DNA of 55,181 nt from Parcubacteria group bacterium GW2011_GWA1_47_8 (GCA_000996605.1 LCOP01000002.1:1-55181), one strand, 5' to 3'. Shown: positions 1-9,807, counted from the stretch's first letter. Program-made: numbers and translations. Notes: a model not told the origin generated them from the sequence alone.

Positions 1-19
1 AAAGCCACGCCGAATTTAA
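1..19 (+). CDS. rpsK: C-terminal end of ribosomal protein S11 (partial, begins outside window)
   Basis: Frame 2 reads ...KPRRI then TAA (17-19), like the basic PPKxRRV tail of S11. Its position directly upstream of rpsD-rpoA-rplQ fits the conserved alpha operon. Only 5 codons are visible. Confidence 0.3.
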
Positions 20-28
20 TTATTTAGT

Positions 29-37
29 TGTTAGTAT
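29..37 (+). promoter_or_regulatory. candidate extended -10 box (TGTTAGTAT) upstream of rpsD
   Basis: Matches the TGnTAnnnT pattern 11 nt before ATG 49. The same box type recurs before many genes in this window. Confidence 0.3.
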
Positions 38-48
38 TTGCGTGATAT

Positions 49-681
49 ATGATCAATCAGAAATGTAAAAAATGTCGTCGTGTCGGAGAGAAGCTCTTCC
101 TCAAAGGGGAGCGGTGCTTTACGCCGAAGTGCGCCATGGAGCGCAAGCCGTATCCGCCGGGCAAGCTTCTCTCTGAGCGGAAGCACCGATCTTCGGTCAC
201 GGAGTATGGTACTCAGATGCGTGAGAAACAAAAAGTGCGCAATACGTACCGCGTGAGCGAGAAGCAATTTGGGAATTATGTTAAAGAAGCGTCAGGGAAA
301 TCAGGAATTAACCCTGCCGAGTATTTGTTTGAATCGCTTGAATCGCGTCTTGACAATGCAGTTTTTCGCTCGGGCATTACACACTCGCGCTCGCTTGCGC
401 GCCAGATAGTGACGCACGGACATATCACCGTGAACGGCCGCCGCACGGATATCCCGTCACGTCGGCTCAAAGTCGGGGACGTGCTTGCAATCCGCGAGGG
501 GAGCAAGACCTCGAAACTTTTTGAGGGGTTGGGAGAGAAATTGAAAACGATCACCACGGTGCCGACATGGCTCAAGCTTGACGCAAGCAAAGGTTCAGTG
601 GTGTTTCAGGGAAAGCCGAAACCGGCACAGGGGGAGCATACGTTTAACCTTACCTCTGTTGTGGAGTTCTATAGTCGCTAG
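49..681 (+). CDS. rpsD: 30S ribosomal protein S4
   Basis: 210 aa. N-terminal zinc-ribbon-like CKKCRR...CFTPKC, a C-terminal S4 RNA-binding domain (RLDNAVFRSGITHSRSLARQIVTHGHITVNG), and alpha-operon context. Confidence 0.95.
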   Translation: MINQKCKKCRRVGEKLFLKGERCFTPKCAMERKPYPPGKLLSERKHRSSVTEYGTQMREKQKVRNTYRVSEKQFGNYVKEASGKSGINPAEYLFESLESRLDNAVFRSGITHSRSLARQIVTHGHITVNGRRTDIPSRRLKVGDVLAIREGSKTSKLFEGLGEKLKTITTVPTWLKLDASKGSVVFQGKPKPAQGEHTFNLTSVVEFYSR

Positions 682-790
682 TGAGAGAGGAATTTAAAAT
701 TGAAGAATATGAACTTAAATTTTAAAATTTCGAACGAACGACGCGATTATATTGTACCCAGTTATATAGTCGCTAGGAACAAGGGATCGT

Positions 791-819
791 TTGCATTTAT
801 TAAGAATATAAGGTATAGT
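791..819 (+). promoter_or_regulatory. candidate sigma70-type promoter TTGCAT-17 nt-TATAGT upstream of rpoA
   Basis: TTGCAT at 791-796 and TATAGT at 814-819 with a 17-nt spacer, 24 nt before ATG 843, in a 160-nt AT-rich spacer. Confidence 0.35.
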
Positions 820-842
820 TTCCTCGTCTAATTTACATCACT

Positions 843-1808
843 ATGCTCGATTACAACATAACATTGCCATCAAAGCCAAAAGTTCTCTCCGAGGACGATT
901 TTAAAGGTACTTACGAAATAGACGGTCTTTATCCGGGATACGGGCACACACTTGGCAATTCTTTGCGCCGTATTATTTTGTCATCTCTTTTGGGCGCGGC
1001 GGTTACGACCGTAAAGATCGACGGCGTCTCGCATGAATTTGCAACCCTCGACGGCGTCAAAGAAGACGTTATCACGATCCTCCTCAATTTGAAGAAAGTA
1101 CGGTTCAAGCTTTTAACAATGGAGCCACAGGTAGTGACACTCTCGGTGAAAGGAATAAAGGAAGTTACCGCCGGTGACATAACGACAAGCGGACAGGTAG
1201 AGGTACTCAATCCCGAGCTTCACCTTGCAACGCTGACCGACAAGACGAGCGCGCTCTCGATGGAAATCACCGTGGCAAAAGGTTTTGGGTATATTTCAAA
1301 AGAAGTTCACCAAAAGGAAAAGGTGGACATTGGCACTATTGCCGTAGATGCGATTTTCACCCCGATTCGCCGCGTGAATTATGAGGTAGACAATATGCGC
1401 GTCGGCGACCGTACAGATTACAATCTGTTGAAGATTACCATCGAGACCGATGGCACGATTACACCACGCCGCGCGCTCGAGTCTTCGATTGAGATCATGA
1501 TTAATCAGCTCAAGGCGGTCATTGGTTTTGTTGAACAAACAGAAACCAAAACTGAACAGGATGTCGCTACCGAGGAGAAACCTCAGAAGAAAGACGCCAC
1601 GGACAACGAATTTTTGAAGACGCGCATTGAGAACCTCGATCTTTCCACGCGCACCGCAAACGCACTCTCCAGCGCGAACATTCGTACGGTGGGAGGTCTC
1701 GCACGCAAGACAGAAGAAGACCTCCTTGAGATTGATGGTCTCGGCGACAAGGGTATTAACGAGATCAAACGCGTGCTTGGCTCTTATAACATCACCCTCA
1801 AGAGCTAG
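843..1808 (+). CDS. rpoA: DNA-directed RNA polymerase subunit alpha
   Basis: 321 aa. N-terminal domain motif GHTLGNSLRRILLSS and a C-terminal domain HhH (LDLSTRTANALSSANIRTVGGL). Located between rpsD and rplQ. Confidence 0.95.
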   Translation: MLDYNITLPSKPKVLSEDDFKGTYEIDGLYPGYGHTLGNSLRRIILSSLLGAAVTTVKIDGVSHEFATLDGVKEDVITILLNLKKVRFKLLTMEPQVVTLSVKGIKEVTAGDITTSGQVEVLNPELHLATLTDKTSALSMEITVAKGFGYISKEVHQKEKVDIGTIAVDAIFTPIRRVNYEVDNMRVGDRTDYNLLKITIETDGTITPRRALESSIEIMINQLKAVIGFVEQTETKTEQDVATEEKPQKKDATDNEFLKTRIENLDLSTRTANALSSANIRTVGGLARKTEEDLLEIDGLGDKGINEIKRVLGSYNITLKS

Positions 1809-1837
1809 TTATTTGTCACTGACTATTTACTACTCAT

Positions 1838-2197
1838 ATGAAACATCACAAGGCAATCAGGAAATTTGGACGAGATCACGCGGGACGCGAGGCACTCTTG
1901 CGCTCGCTTGCGCTCGCACTCATCGACCACGAGCATGTCAAGACGACCGAGGCACGCGCAAAGGAGCTCCGCTCGTTTATCGAAGGCCTTATTACCAAGG
2001 GACGCAAGGGTGACCTCGCGTCGCGCCGCTTGATAATCTCGCGTTTGGGGGGGATGAGTGGGGAGGCGGGTGCCCAGAAAATTATTGGTGAGATTGCACC
2101 ACGATACACCGAGCGACCGGGGGGTTACACGCGCATCTTGAAGCTTCCGCGCCGCTTGGGGGACGCGAGCAAAATGGCAATTATTGAATTTGTCTAG
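1838..2197 (+). CDS. rplQ: 50S ribosomal protein L17
   Basis: 119 aa. MKHHKAIRKFGRD...LIDHEHVKTTEARAKELR...GGYTRILKL is a typical L17 signature, and the gene follows rpoA. Confidence 0.93.
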   Translation: MKHHKAIRKFGRDHAGREALLRSLALALIDHEHVKTTEARAKELRSFIEGLITKGRKGDLASRRLIISRLGGMSGEAGAQKIIGEIAPRYTERPGGYTRILKLPRRLGDASKMAIIEFV

Positions 2198-2215
2198 AAA
2201 ATCAATCAAACTACC

Positions 2216-2569
2216 ATGCCTATTACACCACATAAAATTGACGCAAAAGGAAAGTCCTTGGGACGTGTCGCCACGGAAGCGGCGAGCGTGCTCATGGGCA
2301 AGACATCCCCGGCATTTCAAAAGCATGTTGTTGCTGATGTGCAGGTTATTATTGAGAATGCCTCAAAGATTGCCCTTACTCCGAATAAGCTCAAAGAGGT
2401 GCACGTAAAGCTTTTCTCGGGTTATCCGGGCGGGCTCAAGGAGCGCACGCTTGCGCAAACAATCGAGAAGAGAGGATATGGCGAAATGTTCATGCGCACC
2501 GTCGGGCGCATGATTCCGCGCAATCGTTTACATAAAGAGCGCATGAAGCGTCTCGTGATCACTGATTAA
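2216..2569 (+). CDS. rplM: 50S ribosomal protein L13 (short form)
   Basis: 117 aa with GKSLGRVATEAASVLMGK and GYPGGLK motifs. Immediately followed by rpsI, the conserved rplM-rpsI pair. Confidence 0.9.
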   Translation: MPITPHKIDAKGKSLGRVATEAASVLMGKTSPAFQKHVVADVQVIIENASKIALTPNKLKEVHVKLFSGYPGGLKERTLAQTIEKRGYGEMFMRTVGRMIPRNRLHKERMKRLVITD

Positions 2570-2570
2570 T

Positions 2571-3143
2571 ATGACCGTTACAACAATAAAAAAAACAGAA
2601 GAAGTCGTAAAGGCAAAACCAACTCCAAAAGTATCGACACGCGTTACTGCTATTCCTGCCACCATCAAGACAATCGCGAGCAAGAAGGTAACTGCGGGTA
2701 AACCCGTCGCCAAGGCGATTTCGGGTAAACCCGCCGTCGCCAAGGCGATTTCGGGTAAATACATTGAGACGGTTGGTCGTCGCAAGACATCGACTGCGCG
2801 CGTGCGTGTTACCGAGTCTTCAAAGGACGGAATTACGATCAATGGCAAAACACTCGAGGTGTATTTCCCAACCGTAGAGCTTCAGAGTATTGTGAAGGAC
2901 GCAATTGCGAAATCAAAAGTTGCTACAAAATTTACCGTGACGGTGTTGGTGCGCGGCGGAGGAATTCACTCGCAAGCAGAAGCGGTACGCCATGCGCTCG
3001 CTCGCTCTCTCGTGAAGTATGACGAGGAGACAAGAACTCGCCTAAAGAAACTCGGCTTCTTGAAACGCGATCCTCGCATGAAAGAGCGCCGAAAATTTGG
3101 TCTGAAGAAAGCCCGCAAAGCCCCTCAATGGTCTAAGCGATAA
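2571..3143 (+). CDS. rpsI: 30S ribosomal protein S9 with a ~60-aa Lys/Ala/Thr-rich N-terminal extension
   Basis: 190 aa. The C-terminal 130 aa is canonical S9 (GRRKTSTARVRV...GGGIHSQAEAVRHALARSL...DPRMKERRKFGLKKARKAPQWSKR). The start is 2 nt after the rplM stop. Confidence 0.9.
   Translation: MTVTTIKKTEEVVKAKPTPKVSTRVTAIPATIKTIASKKVTAGKPVAKAISGKPAVAKAISGKYIETVGRRKTSTARVRVTESSKDGITINGKTLEVYFPTVELQSIVKDAIAKSKVATKFTVTVLVRGGGIHSQAEAVRHALARSLVKYDEETRTRLKKLGFLKRDPRMKERRKFGLKKARKAPQWSKR
2696..2759. repeat. in-frame tandem duplication (27 + 30 nt units) inside the rpsI N-terminal extension
   Basis: GGGTAAACCCGTCGCCAAGGCGATTTC (2696-2722) is followed by GGGTAAACCCGCCGTCGCCAAGGCGATTTC (2723-2752) and then GGGTAAA. 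It encodes GKPVAKAIS GKPAVAKAIS GK. Confidence 0.9.
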
Positions 3144-3247
3144 TATTTATCGTTTGCAACAAATTTTCTAATGAAAGAAAGAGGGGGATTGTCGTCAAGA
3201 CAGTTTCTCCTTTTTTGTTAGCCGTGATAAGATAAAAATACAAGGAC

Positions 3248-3880
3248 ATGAAAAAAGAACAGGAATATGAAGAAAAGGGGGTAAAAGAAGAGGATCGCTC
3301 ACTCGGTGACACCCAAAACCTTGACACCAAAGAAGGAGATATGTATAGTGATGACGTGCAATTTGAAAATGAGGATGAAAATGTGAATGCGGCCGCTGTA
3401 CAGAAGAAGCTCCACGAAAAACTTCGGGCTTGCGAGGCGGAGAAGAAAGAATATCTTGATGGATGGCAACGCATGCGCGCCGACTTTGCAAATGCACGCA
3501 AAGAAGAAGACATCCGTCGCGGCGAATTAGTGAAATTCGCATCCGAAGGTCTCGTCGAAGATGTCCTTCCAGTTCTCGATAGCTTCACGATGGCGTTTGG
3601 CAACAAAGAAGCATGGGGGAAGGTGGACGAAAATTGGAGGAAAGGGGTTGAATACATCTATGCACAGCTGTTCTCGGTTCTCGAAGCGCGCGGGCTTTCC
3701 GAGATAGGTGCGGTTGGGGAAAGGCTGGATCCACGACTTCACATTGCGATGGAAACCGTAGAGACGAATGATGGAAATAAGGCGGATACGGTTTCCGAAG
3801 TCATCCAAAAAGGGTATCGTTTGCACAGCAAAGTTATCCGTCCGGCAAAAGTGAAATCGTTTGGGTACAACGGGGAATAA
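3248..3880 (+). CDS. grpE: nucleotide exchange factor GrpE
   Basis: 210 aa. Acidic N-terminus, then the GrpE core (YLDGWQRMRADFANARKE...VLPVLDSF...DPRLHIAM...GYRLHSKVIRPAKV). Directly upstream of dnaK. Confidence 0.9.
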   Translation: MKKEQEYEEKGVKEEDRSLGDTQNLDTKEGDMYSDDVQFENEDENVNAAAVQKKLHEKLRACEAEKKEYLDGWQRMRADFANARKEEDIRRGELVKFASEGLVEDVLPVLDSFTMAFGNKEAWGKVDENWRKGVEYIYAQLFSVLEARGLSEIGAVGERLDPRLHIAMETVETNDGNKADTVSEVIQKGYRLHSKVIRPAKVKSFGYNGE

Positions 3881-3975
3881 TTAATATAAAAATATTGAAA
3901 TAGCAAAACAATAAAGTGTTCACTTAATTATTCAATTATTAACTATTTATTATTTAATTATTAACTATCAAAACT

Positions 3976-5886
3976 ATGGCAAAAATTTTAGGTATTGATC
4001 TTGGTACGACAAATTCCGCGATGGCGATTATTGAGGGGGGTGAGCCGCGCATTGTTGAAAACATCGAAGGAGTGCGCACTACGCCATCCATCATCGCGGT
4101 TTCCAAAAGTGGCGAACGGTTGGCGGGGCTTCTCGCAAAACGCCAAGCGGTTACCAATCCGCAAAACACGTTGTTCGGTATTAAACGTTTGATCGGCCAC
4201 ACGTTTGAAGACGAGGGTGTTCAGCGTGATAAAAAGAACGCGCCTTTTGCCATCGAGAAGTCTTCCGATGGCGGCGTGATGGTCAAAATGGGGGAGCGGT
4301 CTTATCGCCCCGAGGAGATCTCGGCGATGGTGCTCCAGAAGCTCAAGCAGGACGCGGAAGCGAAGCTCGGGGAGAAAATCACCGAAGCGGTGATTACCGT
4401 GCCTGCGTATTTTAATGATTCTCAACGCAAAGCAACCAAAGACGCGGGGCAGATTGCAGGATTTGACGTAAAGCGTATCATCAACGAGCCAACCGCGGCG
4501 GCACTTGCGTATGGTTTCAACAAAAAGAAAGATGAGAAGATCGTCGTGTACGACTTTGGCGGCGGTACCTTTGATGTGTCGGTACTCGAAGTGGGTGACG
4601 ACGTCATCGAGGTGAAGTCGACCGATGGCGACGTGCACATGGGCGGTGAAGACATCGATCAGAAAATCATCCGCTATATTGCCGACGAGTTCAAGAAAGA
4701 ATCCGGCATCGATGTTTCAAAGGACGTGCTTGCACTCCAGCGACTCAAAGAGGCGGCGGAAAAAGCAAAGCACGAGCTCTCCACAACACCAGAAGCAGAA
4801 ATCAACATTCCCTTCATTACGTCAGACGCATCAGGTCCGCGACATCTCTTGCTCAAACTCTCACGCCCGAAACTCGAAGATCTCGCGCGTGAATACATCG
4901 ACAAATCAATCGAAATCACTAAGCGCGCACTCGCCGCATCACCATTCAAAATCACCGATATCAATGAAATCATTATGGTGGGAGGACAAACGCGCATGCC
5001 GGCAATCGTGAATGCGGTCAAAGAACTTTTTGGCAAAGAACCAAACCGCTCTATCAATCCGGACGAAGTGGTTGCCATCGGCGCCGCGATTCAAGCGGGG
5101 ATATTGCAGGGCGATGTGAAAGACGTTCTCTTGCTTGATGTTATTCCGCTCTCTTTGGGTATTGAAACATTTGGCAATGTGGCGACAAAACTCATTGAGA
5201 AGAACACAACCATTCCTGCATCACGTTCGCAAATATTTTCTACCGCGGCAGACAATCAGACTTCGGTCGAGATTCATGTCGTGCAGGGCGAACGTCCTAT
5301 GGCACCAGACAACAAATCTCTCGGGCGGTTTGTTCTCGACGGTATTCCGCCGGGCGCACGCGGTACCCCGCAAGTCGAGGTTACGTTTGATGTTGACGCG
5401 AACGGTATCTTGCAGGTAAAGGCAAAAGAAAAAACAACGGGCAAAGAGCAGTCGATTCGTATCGAAGCAAGCTCGGGACTTTCAAAAGACGACATTGCTC
5501 GCATGCAGAAAGAAGCGGAGCTGAATGCCACCGAAGATGCAAAGAAACGTGATCTCGCCGAGGCAAAGAATCTGCTCGAACAGCTTGTGTATACTGCCGA
5601 GAAGGCGCTTCGCGACAATGGCGACAAAGTGCCTGCGGAAGTGAAGACGGGAATTGAGGGGAAGATTGCACTCGCAAAAACGGCAAGCGGCGGCAAGGAT
5701 ACCGACGCACTTAAAAAGGCGACTGACGAACTCTCGACCGAACTTCAAAAGATTGGCGATATTATGGCAAAGAATGCCGAAGCGGCTCAAACACAGGACA
5801 AAAAAGAAGGCGGAGCGGATGATCAGGGGCCGGTTCGTGATGCGGAGTATAAGGAGGGAGATGGGGACAAAACAAAGAACAACTGA
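3976..5886 (+). CDS. dnaK: molecular chaperone DnaK (Hsp70)
   Basis: 636 aa with the Hsp70 signatures [21 protein letters not shown] and [11 protein letters not shown]. Confidence 0.98.
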   Translation: MAKILGIDLGTTNSAMAIIEGGEPRIVENIEGVRTTPSIIAVSKSGERLAGLLAKRQAVTNPQNTLFGIKRLIGHTFEDEGVQRDKKNAPFAIEKSSDGGVMVKMGERSYRPEEISAMVLQKLKQDAEAKLGEKITEAVITVPAYFNDSQRKATKDAGQIAGFDVKRIINEPTAAALAYGFNKKKDEKIVVYDFGGGTFDVSVLEVGDDVIEVKSTDGDVHMGGEDIDQKIIRYIADEFKKESGIDVSKDVLALQRLKEAAEKAKHELSTTPEAEINIPFITSDASGPRHLLLKLSRPKLEDLAREYIDKSIEITKRALAASPFKITDINEIIMVGGQTRMPAIVNAVKELFGKEPNRSINPDEVVAIGAAIQAGILQGDVKDVLLLDVIPLSLGIETFGNVATKLIEKNTTIPASRSQIFSTAADNQTSVEIHVVQGERPMAPDNKSLGRFVLDGIPPGARGTPQVEVTFDVDANGILQVKAKEKTTGKEQSIRIEASSGLSKDDIARMQKEAELNATEDAKKRDLAEAKNLLEQLVYTAEKALRDNGDKVPAEVKTGIEGKIALAKTASGGKDTDALKKATDELSTELQKIGDIMAKNAEAAQTQDKKEGGADDQGPVRDAEYKEGDGDKTKNN

Positions 5887-5957
5887 CAACTGACAAGAAT
5901 TTTGATGTATGGCGTATCCAGTCAGATGTCAAATGTTAATTGTCATATGTTGCCCCT

Positions 5958-8900
5958 ATGGCAAAAGACTATTACAAGATACTTGTTTTTGTGTGCGCAA
6001 TTGTTACTGCTATCTTTGTGGTGAGCGGTCTTTTTGCCACTGCTTCTGCTCAGGGAATTTCTTATATGCCTTCGAACCCTCAAATTTTCGGGCATATTGA
6101 AGGCGAAGGCACTCATTTTGAAATAGAGAACAGTGATTACTTTAACATCACGCTTGATAGTTCCGAGTCTATTCGCGCACGGTTGGAATCAGTCTCGGAA
6201 ATCGTGACTATGGCGATTTACGCAAGTCTCCCTCCTGCGACTTCAACCACGGTAACGATAAGCGGTTTTTCTCCTCAAACAACCTATTACAAATACGAAG
6301 ACAGTTACCACAACTTAACCCAATTTACCACCGATGAAAACGGTGGTTATTCATACACGCAAGACATCACCGCTCCACATATCATTTTTATCCAACCGCG
6401 AAAAAGTACCAAGTTTATTCGCGACGATGCGACTGGCGGGGACTGCTCCTCTGTCGGAAATTGGAACAACACTGCAAAAACATGCACCCTAACACAAAAT
6501 GTTTTGGAAACCATTGAGATTGATTCTGATAATATCGTTTTGGATGGAAACAACTTCACTCTTTCTGGCTCACATACCGGTTCGGGCGTGTACCTCAATA
6601 GCAAATCAGGTGTCATCGTCAAAAACATGCACATCGAAAACTTCTCCTACGGAGTGAACCTGAATAACTCAAACGGTAATCGTATTGAAAATAACGATTT
6701 TGTAAACCTTGATAATCAAGGGATGGTTTTTTTCAATTCAAGCACCAATACCATAATAGGAAATACGGTGTCCCTCCTCGTTCCTTCAGCAAGGCGTCAC
6801 CAAGGATTTGTGCTCTTCGATTCTTATAAAAATATTTTTCAAGATAACACCGTCTCGTTAAACGCCCGCGCAAGCGTGTCGGGAAGGCATCAAGGTATTC
6901 TTTTATTTGACTCCAACGATAACAGCTTCGTGTCTAATGATGTTTCAGATACTTACCAAGGTGTTCTTTTCTTTGATTCATACAACAATGTATTGCGCGA
7001 GAATACCATACGGGATAGCAGTGAGGACGGACTCATGATTTTCCCTCCATCAAGTGGAAATCAAGCATCTCACAATAATTTTATTGGAAATCCGACACAA
7101 GTCATAAACTATGGTCCTGCGCAAATTTTTTCATCTCCGCTTCCGGAAGGTGGTAACTACTGGAGCGACTTCGATACTCCAGAAGAGGGATGTAGCGATG
7201 TAAATGCTGACGGTTTTTGCGACGCGCCGTATGTTTTTACGGGCGGGCAAGACGATTTGCCGTGGGTAACGCAGGATGGGTGGAAGAATTCATCAAACTC
7301 TTGCACACAAAACTGTTATTCAAACGTTTTATTTCTGCCAGGGCTTGAAGCGAGCCGGTTGTATCAGAAAGACCCAGGCTGCCTATTTTTAAATTGCGAG
7401 AACAAACTTTGGGAGCCGAACAGAAACGATGATGTGCGGAAACTTTACCTTTCCCCAACAACAGGAGAGAGTGTACACCCCGATACATACACCAGGGATG
7501 TAATTGATGAGGCGTTTGGCGTAAATATCTACAAGGGCTTTCTCGGTTTTATGGAAGGACTTGTCATAAAAGGCACTATTAAACATTTTGAAACGCTTCC
7601 CTACGACTGGCGCGACGATCAGAAAGACGTCGTCACTCGAAGTATTCGTCTTGAATCTGGATCATATGACATCGCGACACGAATAGTTGATCTTGCGAGC
7701 ACCTCTCCCACAGGCAAAGTAACACTCATCGCTCACTCAAATGGCGGATTGGTGGCAAAAGAACTTGTTGAGGATTTGAAAAGTCGTGGACAGGAGAATC
7801 TTATTGATCGTATTATTCTGGTCGCCGTACCAGAGCTCGGGACACCGAAAGCAGTTTTTGAGATGCTTCATGGTGCTGGGCCATTCTTTTTGAGTTTTCC
7901 GAGCAAAGAAGTGACTCGCGAGCTCGCCGAAAACATGAAGAGCGCGTACACACTGCTTCCTTCTCGTGAATACTTTAACCGTCTTCGTGGTCCGTTTGTG
8001 GAATTTAGCACGACAACTTCAGTAACTCAAGGTTTCCGTAACGTCTACGGTAACTCAATCTCTGATTATGATACATTGCGAAAATTTTTGCGAGGAGAGA
8101 ACGGAGCCCGCATGGAGCCACAGGCGAGTGCGGTCAATGAGCCGAATGTCCTCAAAGAAAATTTTCTCGCGAATGCTGAAACGCGTCATGCCACACAAGA
8201 TACTTGGATGCCACCGTCTGGAATTGAGGTGATTGAGATTGTCGGATTGGGACTTGATGCGCCTCGTGGCGTTGAGTATAAATCAACGAAAAAGAAAGTT
8301 TGCAGCCCATACTTTTCCGGGTGCCCTAGGATTGATGTGATAGACCCGCAACCGCTCGTTACTTCCGAGGGCGATAGCACCGTGGTGTACCCCTCGGCAG
8401 AGGCGTTGGGAGTGGAGAGGTATTATGTGGATATTTTTCAGCATAACAAGCTCGGTCAATTTAATGTCAACCGCGACCACAAAAACATCCTTGAAATCAC
8501 CCCTATTCAAACTCTCCTCACCACACTCATAAAAAATGAAGCCACGAGCACCCTTCCCTTGTACATCACGAACACCAAACCACCTCAATCTGATGCAGAC
8601 AAACGCCTCCGCATCGGCGTACACTCTCCCGTCGCACTTCACCTCTATGACTCTCTCGGTCGTCACACCGGTCCCATCACAAACCCCGACCCTTCATCCG
8701 ACCTTGATTATGCCGAAGAGCGAATCCCCAACACCTACTATTGGCAAATCGGTGAGGGGCAATATGCGGGAGCAAGCGGAGAGCAAATCACCACCATACA
8801 ACTCACGGGAAAAGACCTCGGCACATTCACCCTCGATATTGAAGAAATTACCGGTGGCACCACAACAAGCATGACTATCTACGAAGATATTCCCGTTACG

Positions 8901-9287
8901 GCAAGCACCATCGCAACCATAGAGGCGGGAGGGAATGTCGCGCCCGTACTCAAAGTAGACATTGACGGCAATGGAACCATAGACGCGGAGATTACTCCCG
9001 GCGGTCTCACTGGCGAAAATCTTGTCGGCATCTTGAAAGGGTTGGTAAAGACACTCAATCTCCCGGACAAGAAAGAAAAGCAGCTCTTTAAGAAACTCGA
9101 AAAGCTTGAAAAAGAACTTGCCAAAGAACACGAAAACGATCGCAAAGAAAAACAGAAAACCAAGGGAGTATTTAAGAATGTCATTAAACTCATCAATAAA
9201 TATGAGAAGAAAAATATTCTTTCCAAAGAAGAGGCGGGGGATTTGATAGGTATTATTGAGCAAATTAGGGAGAAGGTGGTAGAATAA
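5958..9287 (+). CDS. secreted multidomain protein: parallel beta-helix (PbH1/NosD-like) repeats + LCAT-like alpha/beta-hydrolase (lipase/phospholipase) + Lys/Glu-rich coiled-coil tail
   Basis: The ORF track gives 5940-9287 from a TTG; ATG 5958 yields MAKDYYKIL plus a hydrophobic signal ending ASAQG. Residues ~180-400 carry repeated N-x-I/V-x-x-N beta-helix turns (IENNDF, IIGNTVS, FQDNTVS, FVSNDVS, LRENTI) ending in CSDVNADGFCDAPYVF. Residues ~455-700 carry FLPGLEASRL, YDWRDD, LIAHSNGGLV and VPELGTPKA, as in LCAT/PGAP1-type lipases. Confidence 0.8.
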   Translation: MAKDYYKILVFVCAIVTAIFVVSGLFATASAQGISYMPSNPQIFGHIEGEGTHFEIENSDYFNITLDSSESIRARLESVSEIVTMAIYASLPPATSTTVTISGFSPQTTYYKYEDSYHNLTQFTTDENGGYSYTQDITAPHIIFIQPRKSTKFIRDDATGGDCSSVGNWNNTAKTCTLTQNVLETIEIDSDNIVLDGNNFTLSGSHTGSGVYLNSKSGVIVKNMHIENFSYGVNLNNSNGNRIENNDFVNLDNQGMVFFNSSTNTIIGNTVSLLVPSARRHQGFVLFDSYKNIFQDNTVSLNARASVSGRHQGILLFDSNDNSFVSNDVSDTYQGVLFFDSYNNVLRENTIRDSSEDGLMIFPPSSGNQASHNNFIGNPTQVINYGPAQIFSSPLPEGGNYWSDFDTPEEGCSDVNADGFCDAPYVFTGGQDDLPWVTQDGWKNSSNSCTQNCYSNVLFLPGLEASRLYQKDPGCLFLNCENKLWEPNRNDDVRKLYLSPTTGESVHPDTYTRDVIDEAFGVNIYKGFLGFMEGLVIKGTIKHFETLPYDWRDDQKDVVTRSIRLESGSYDIATRIVDLASTSPTGKVTLIAHSNGGLVAKELVEDLKSRGQENLIDRIILVAVPELGTPKAVFEMLHGAGPFFLSFPSKEVTRELAENMKSAYTLLPSREYFNRLRGPFVEFSTTTSVTQGFRNVYGNSISDYDTLRKFLRGENGARMEPQASAVNEPNVLKENFLANAETRHATQDTWMPPSGIEVIEIVGLGLDAPRGVEYKSTKKKVCSPYFSGCPRIDVIDPQPLVTSEGDSTVVYPSAEALGVERYYVDIFQHNKLGQFNVNRDHKNILEITPIQTLLTTLIKNEATSTLPLYITNTKPPQSDADKRLRIGVHSPVALHLYDSLGRHTGPITNPDPSSDLDYAEERIPNTYYWQIGEGQYAGASGEQITTIQLTGKDLGTFTLDIEEITGGTTTSMTIYEDIPVTASTIATIEAGGNVAPVLKVDIDGNGTIDAEITPGGLTGENLVGILKGLVKTLNLPDKKEKQLFKKLEKLEKELAKEHENDRKEKQKTKGVFKNVIKLINKYEKKNILSKEEAGDLIGIIEQIREKVVE

Positions 9288-9291
9288 AGAT

Positions 9292-9807
9292 ATGAATCAT
9301 AAAAAAATAATTTCGGTAATTTTAGTTGCCTCTCTTCTTGCGCTTGGTGGTGGCTATGTTTTTTTTGAGCCAGTCAAATTTGGTATTTGTGAATCAACTT
9401 ATTATACTTCTTATAATTTTTATAATTACTATGGACATTGGGGGGAGGGCGGGAATAATAGGGTATGGTGTAATGAATTTTTTGGCGAGGGTATCCTTTT
9501 GGCACTTCTCTGGTCGTTTCTCCCCCTCCTTCTTATCACCTCCGCTCTCTTCTTCGTCCGCCGCGAAACTTTTCTCGCATGGGCAAAATTCGCCAGCATC
9601 TCCTTTCCTCTTATACTTAGCGTTCTTCTCTATACCTACAACAACACGCCAACAGAAGGTGGCTTTGGTCTTGCGGGACTTATCTCCGACGAAATGCTTG
9701 CCACCGTTTTTCTCCCTCCGCTCTTTGTTATTGTCTCCCTCCTCATCATTGGCATAAAATCGTGGAAATTGAAGACACGAAGTAGAATAGAGAACGTGGA
9801 ATCATAA
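9292..9807 (+). CDS. small polytopic membrane protein, unknown function
   Basis: 171 aa with about 4 hydrophobic helices and a Tyr/Cys-rich loop. Starts 5 nt after the preceding stop. No recognisable family. Confidence 0.6.
   Translation: MNHKKIISVILVASLLALGGGYVFFEPVKFGICESTYYTSYNFYNYYGHWGEGGNNRVWCNEFFGEGILLALLWSFLPLLLITSALFFVRRETFLAWAKFASISFPLILSVLLYTYNNTPTEGGFGLAGLISDEMLATVFLPPLFVIVSLLIIGIKSWKLKTRSRIENVES

Noticed and set aside
709-834. 41-codon ORF (MNLNFKISNERRDY...) between rpsD and rpoA
   Set aside because: It has no convincing ribosome-binding or leaderless promoter context, its AT-rich sequence overlaps the candidate rpoA promoter, and no gene is known at this operon position.
3144-3975. 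CIRCE (TTAGCACTC-N9-GAGTGCTAA) heat-shock operator upstream of grpE or dnaK
   Set aside because: I searched both spacers by eye and found no match. Only AT-rich repeats are present.
3988-4638. 216-aa ORF antisense to dnaK, plus other antisense or alternate-frame ORFs at 4422-5889
   Set aside because: These are shadow ORFs inside a gene with unambiguous Hsp70 signatures. Their compositions are Arg/His-rich and low-complexity, typical of antisense frames.
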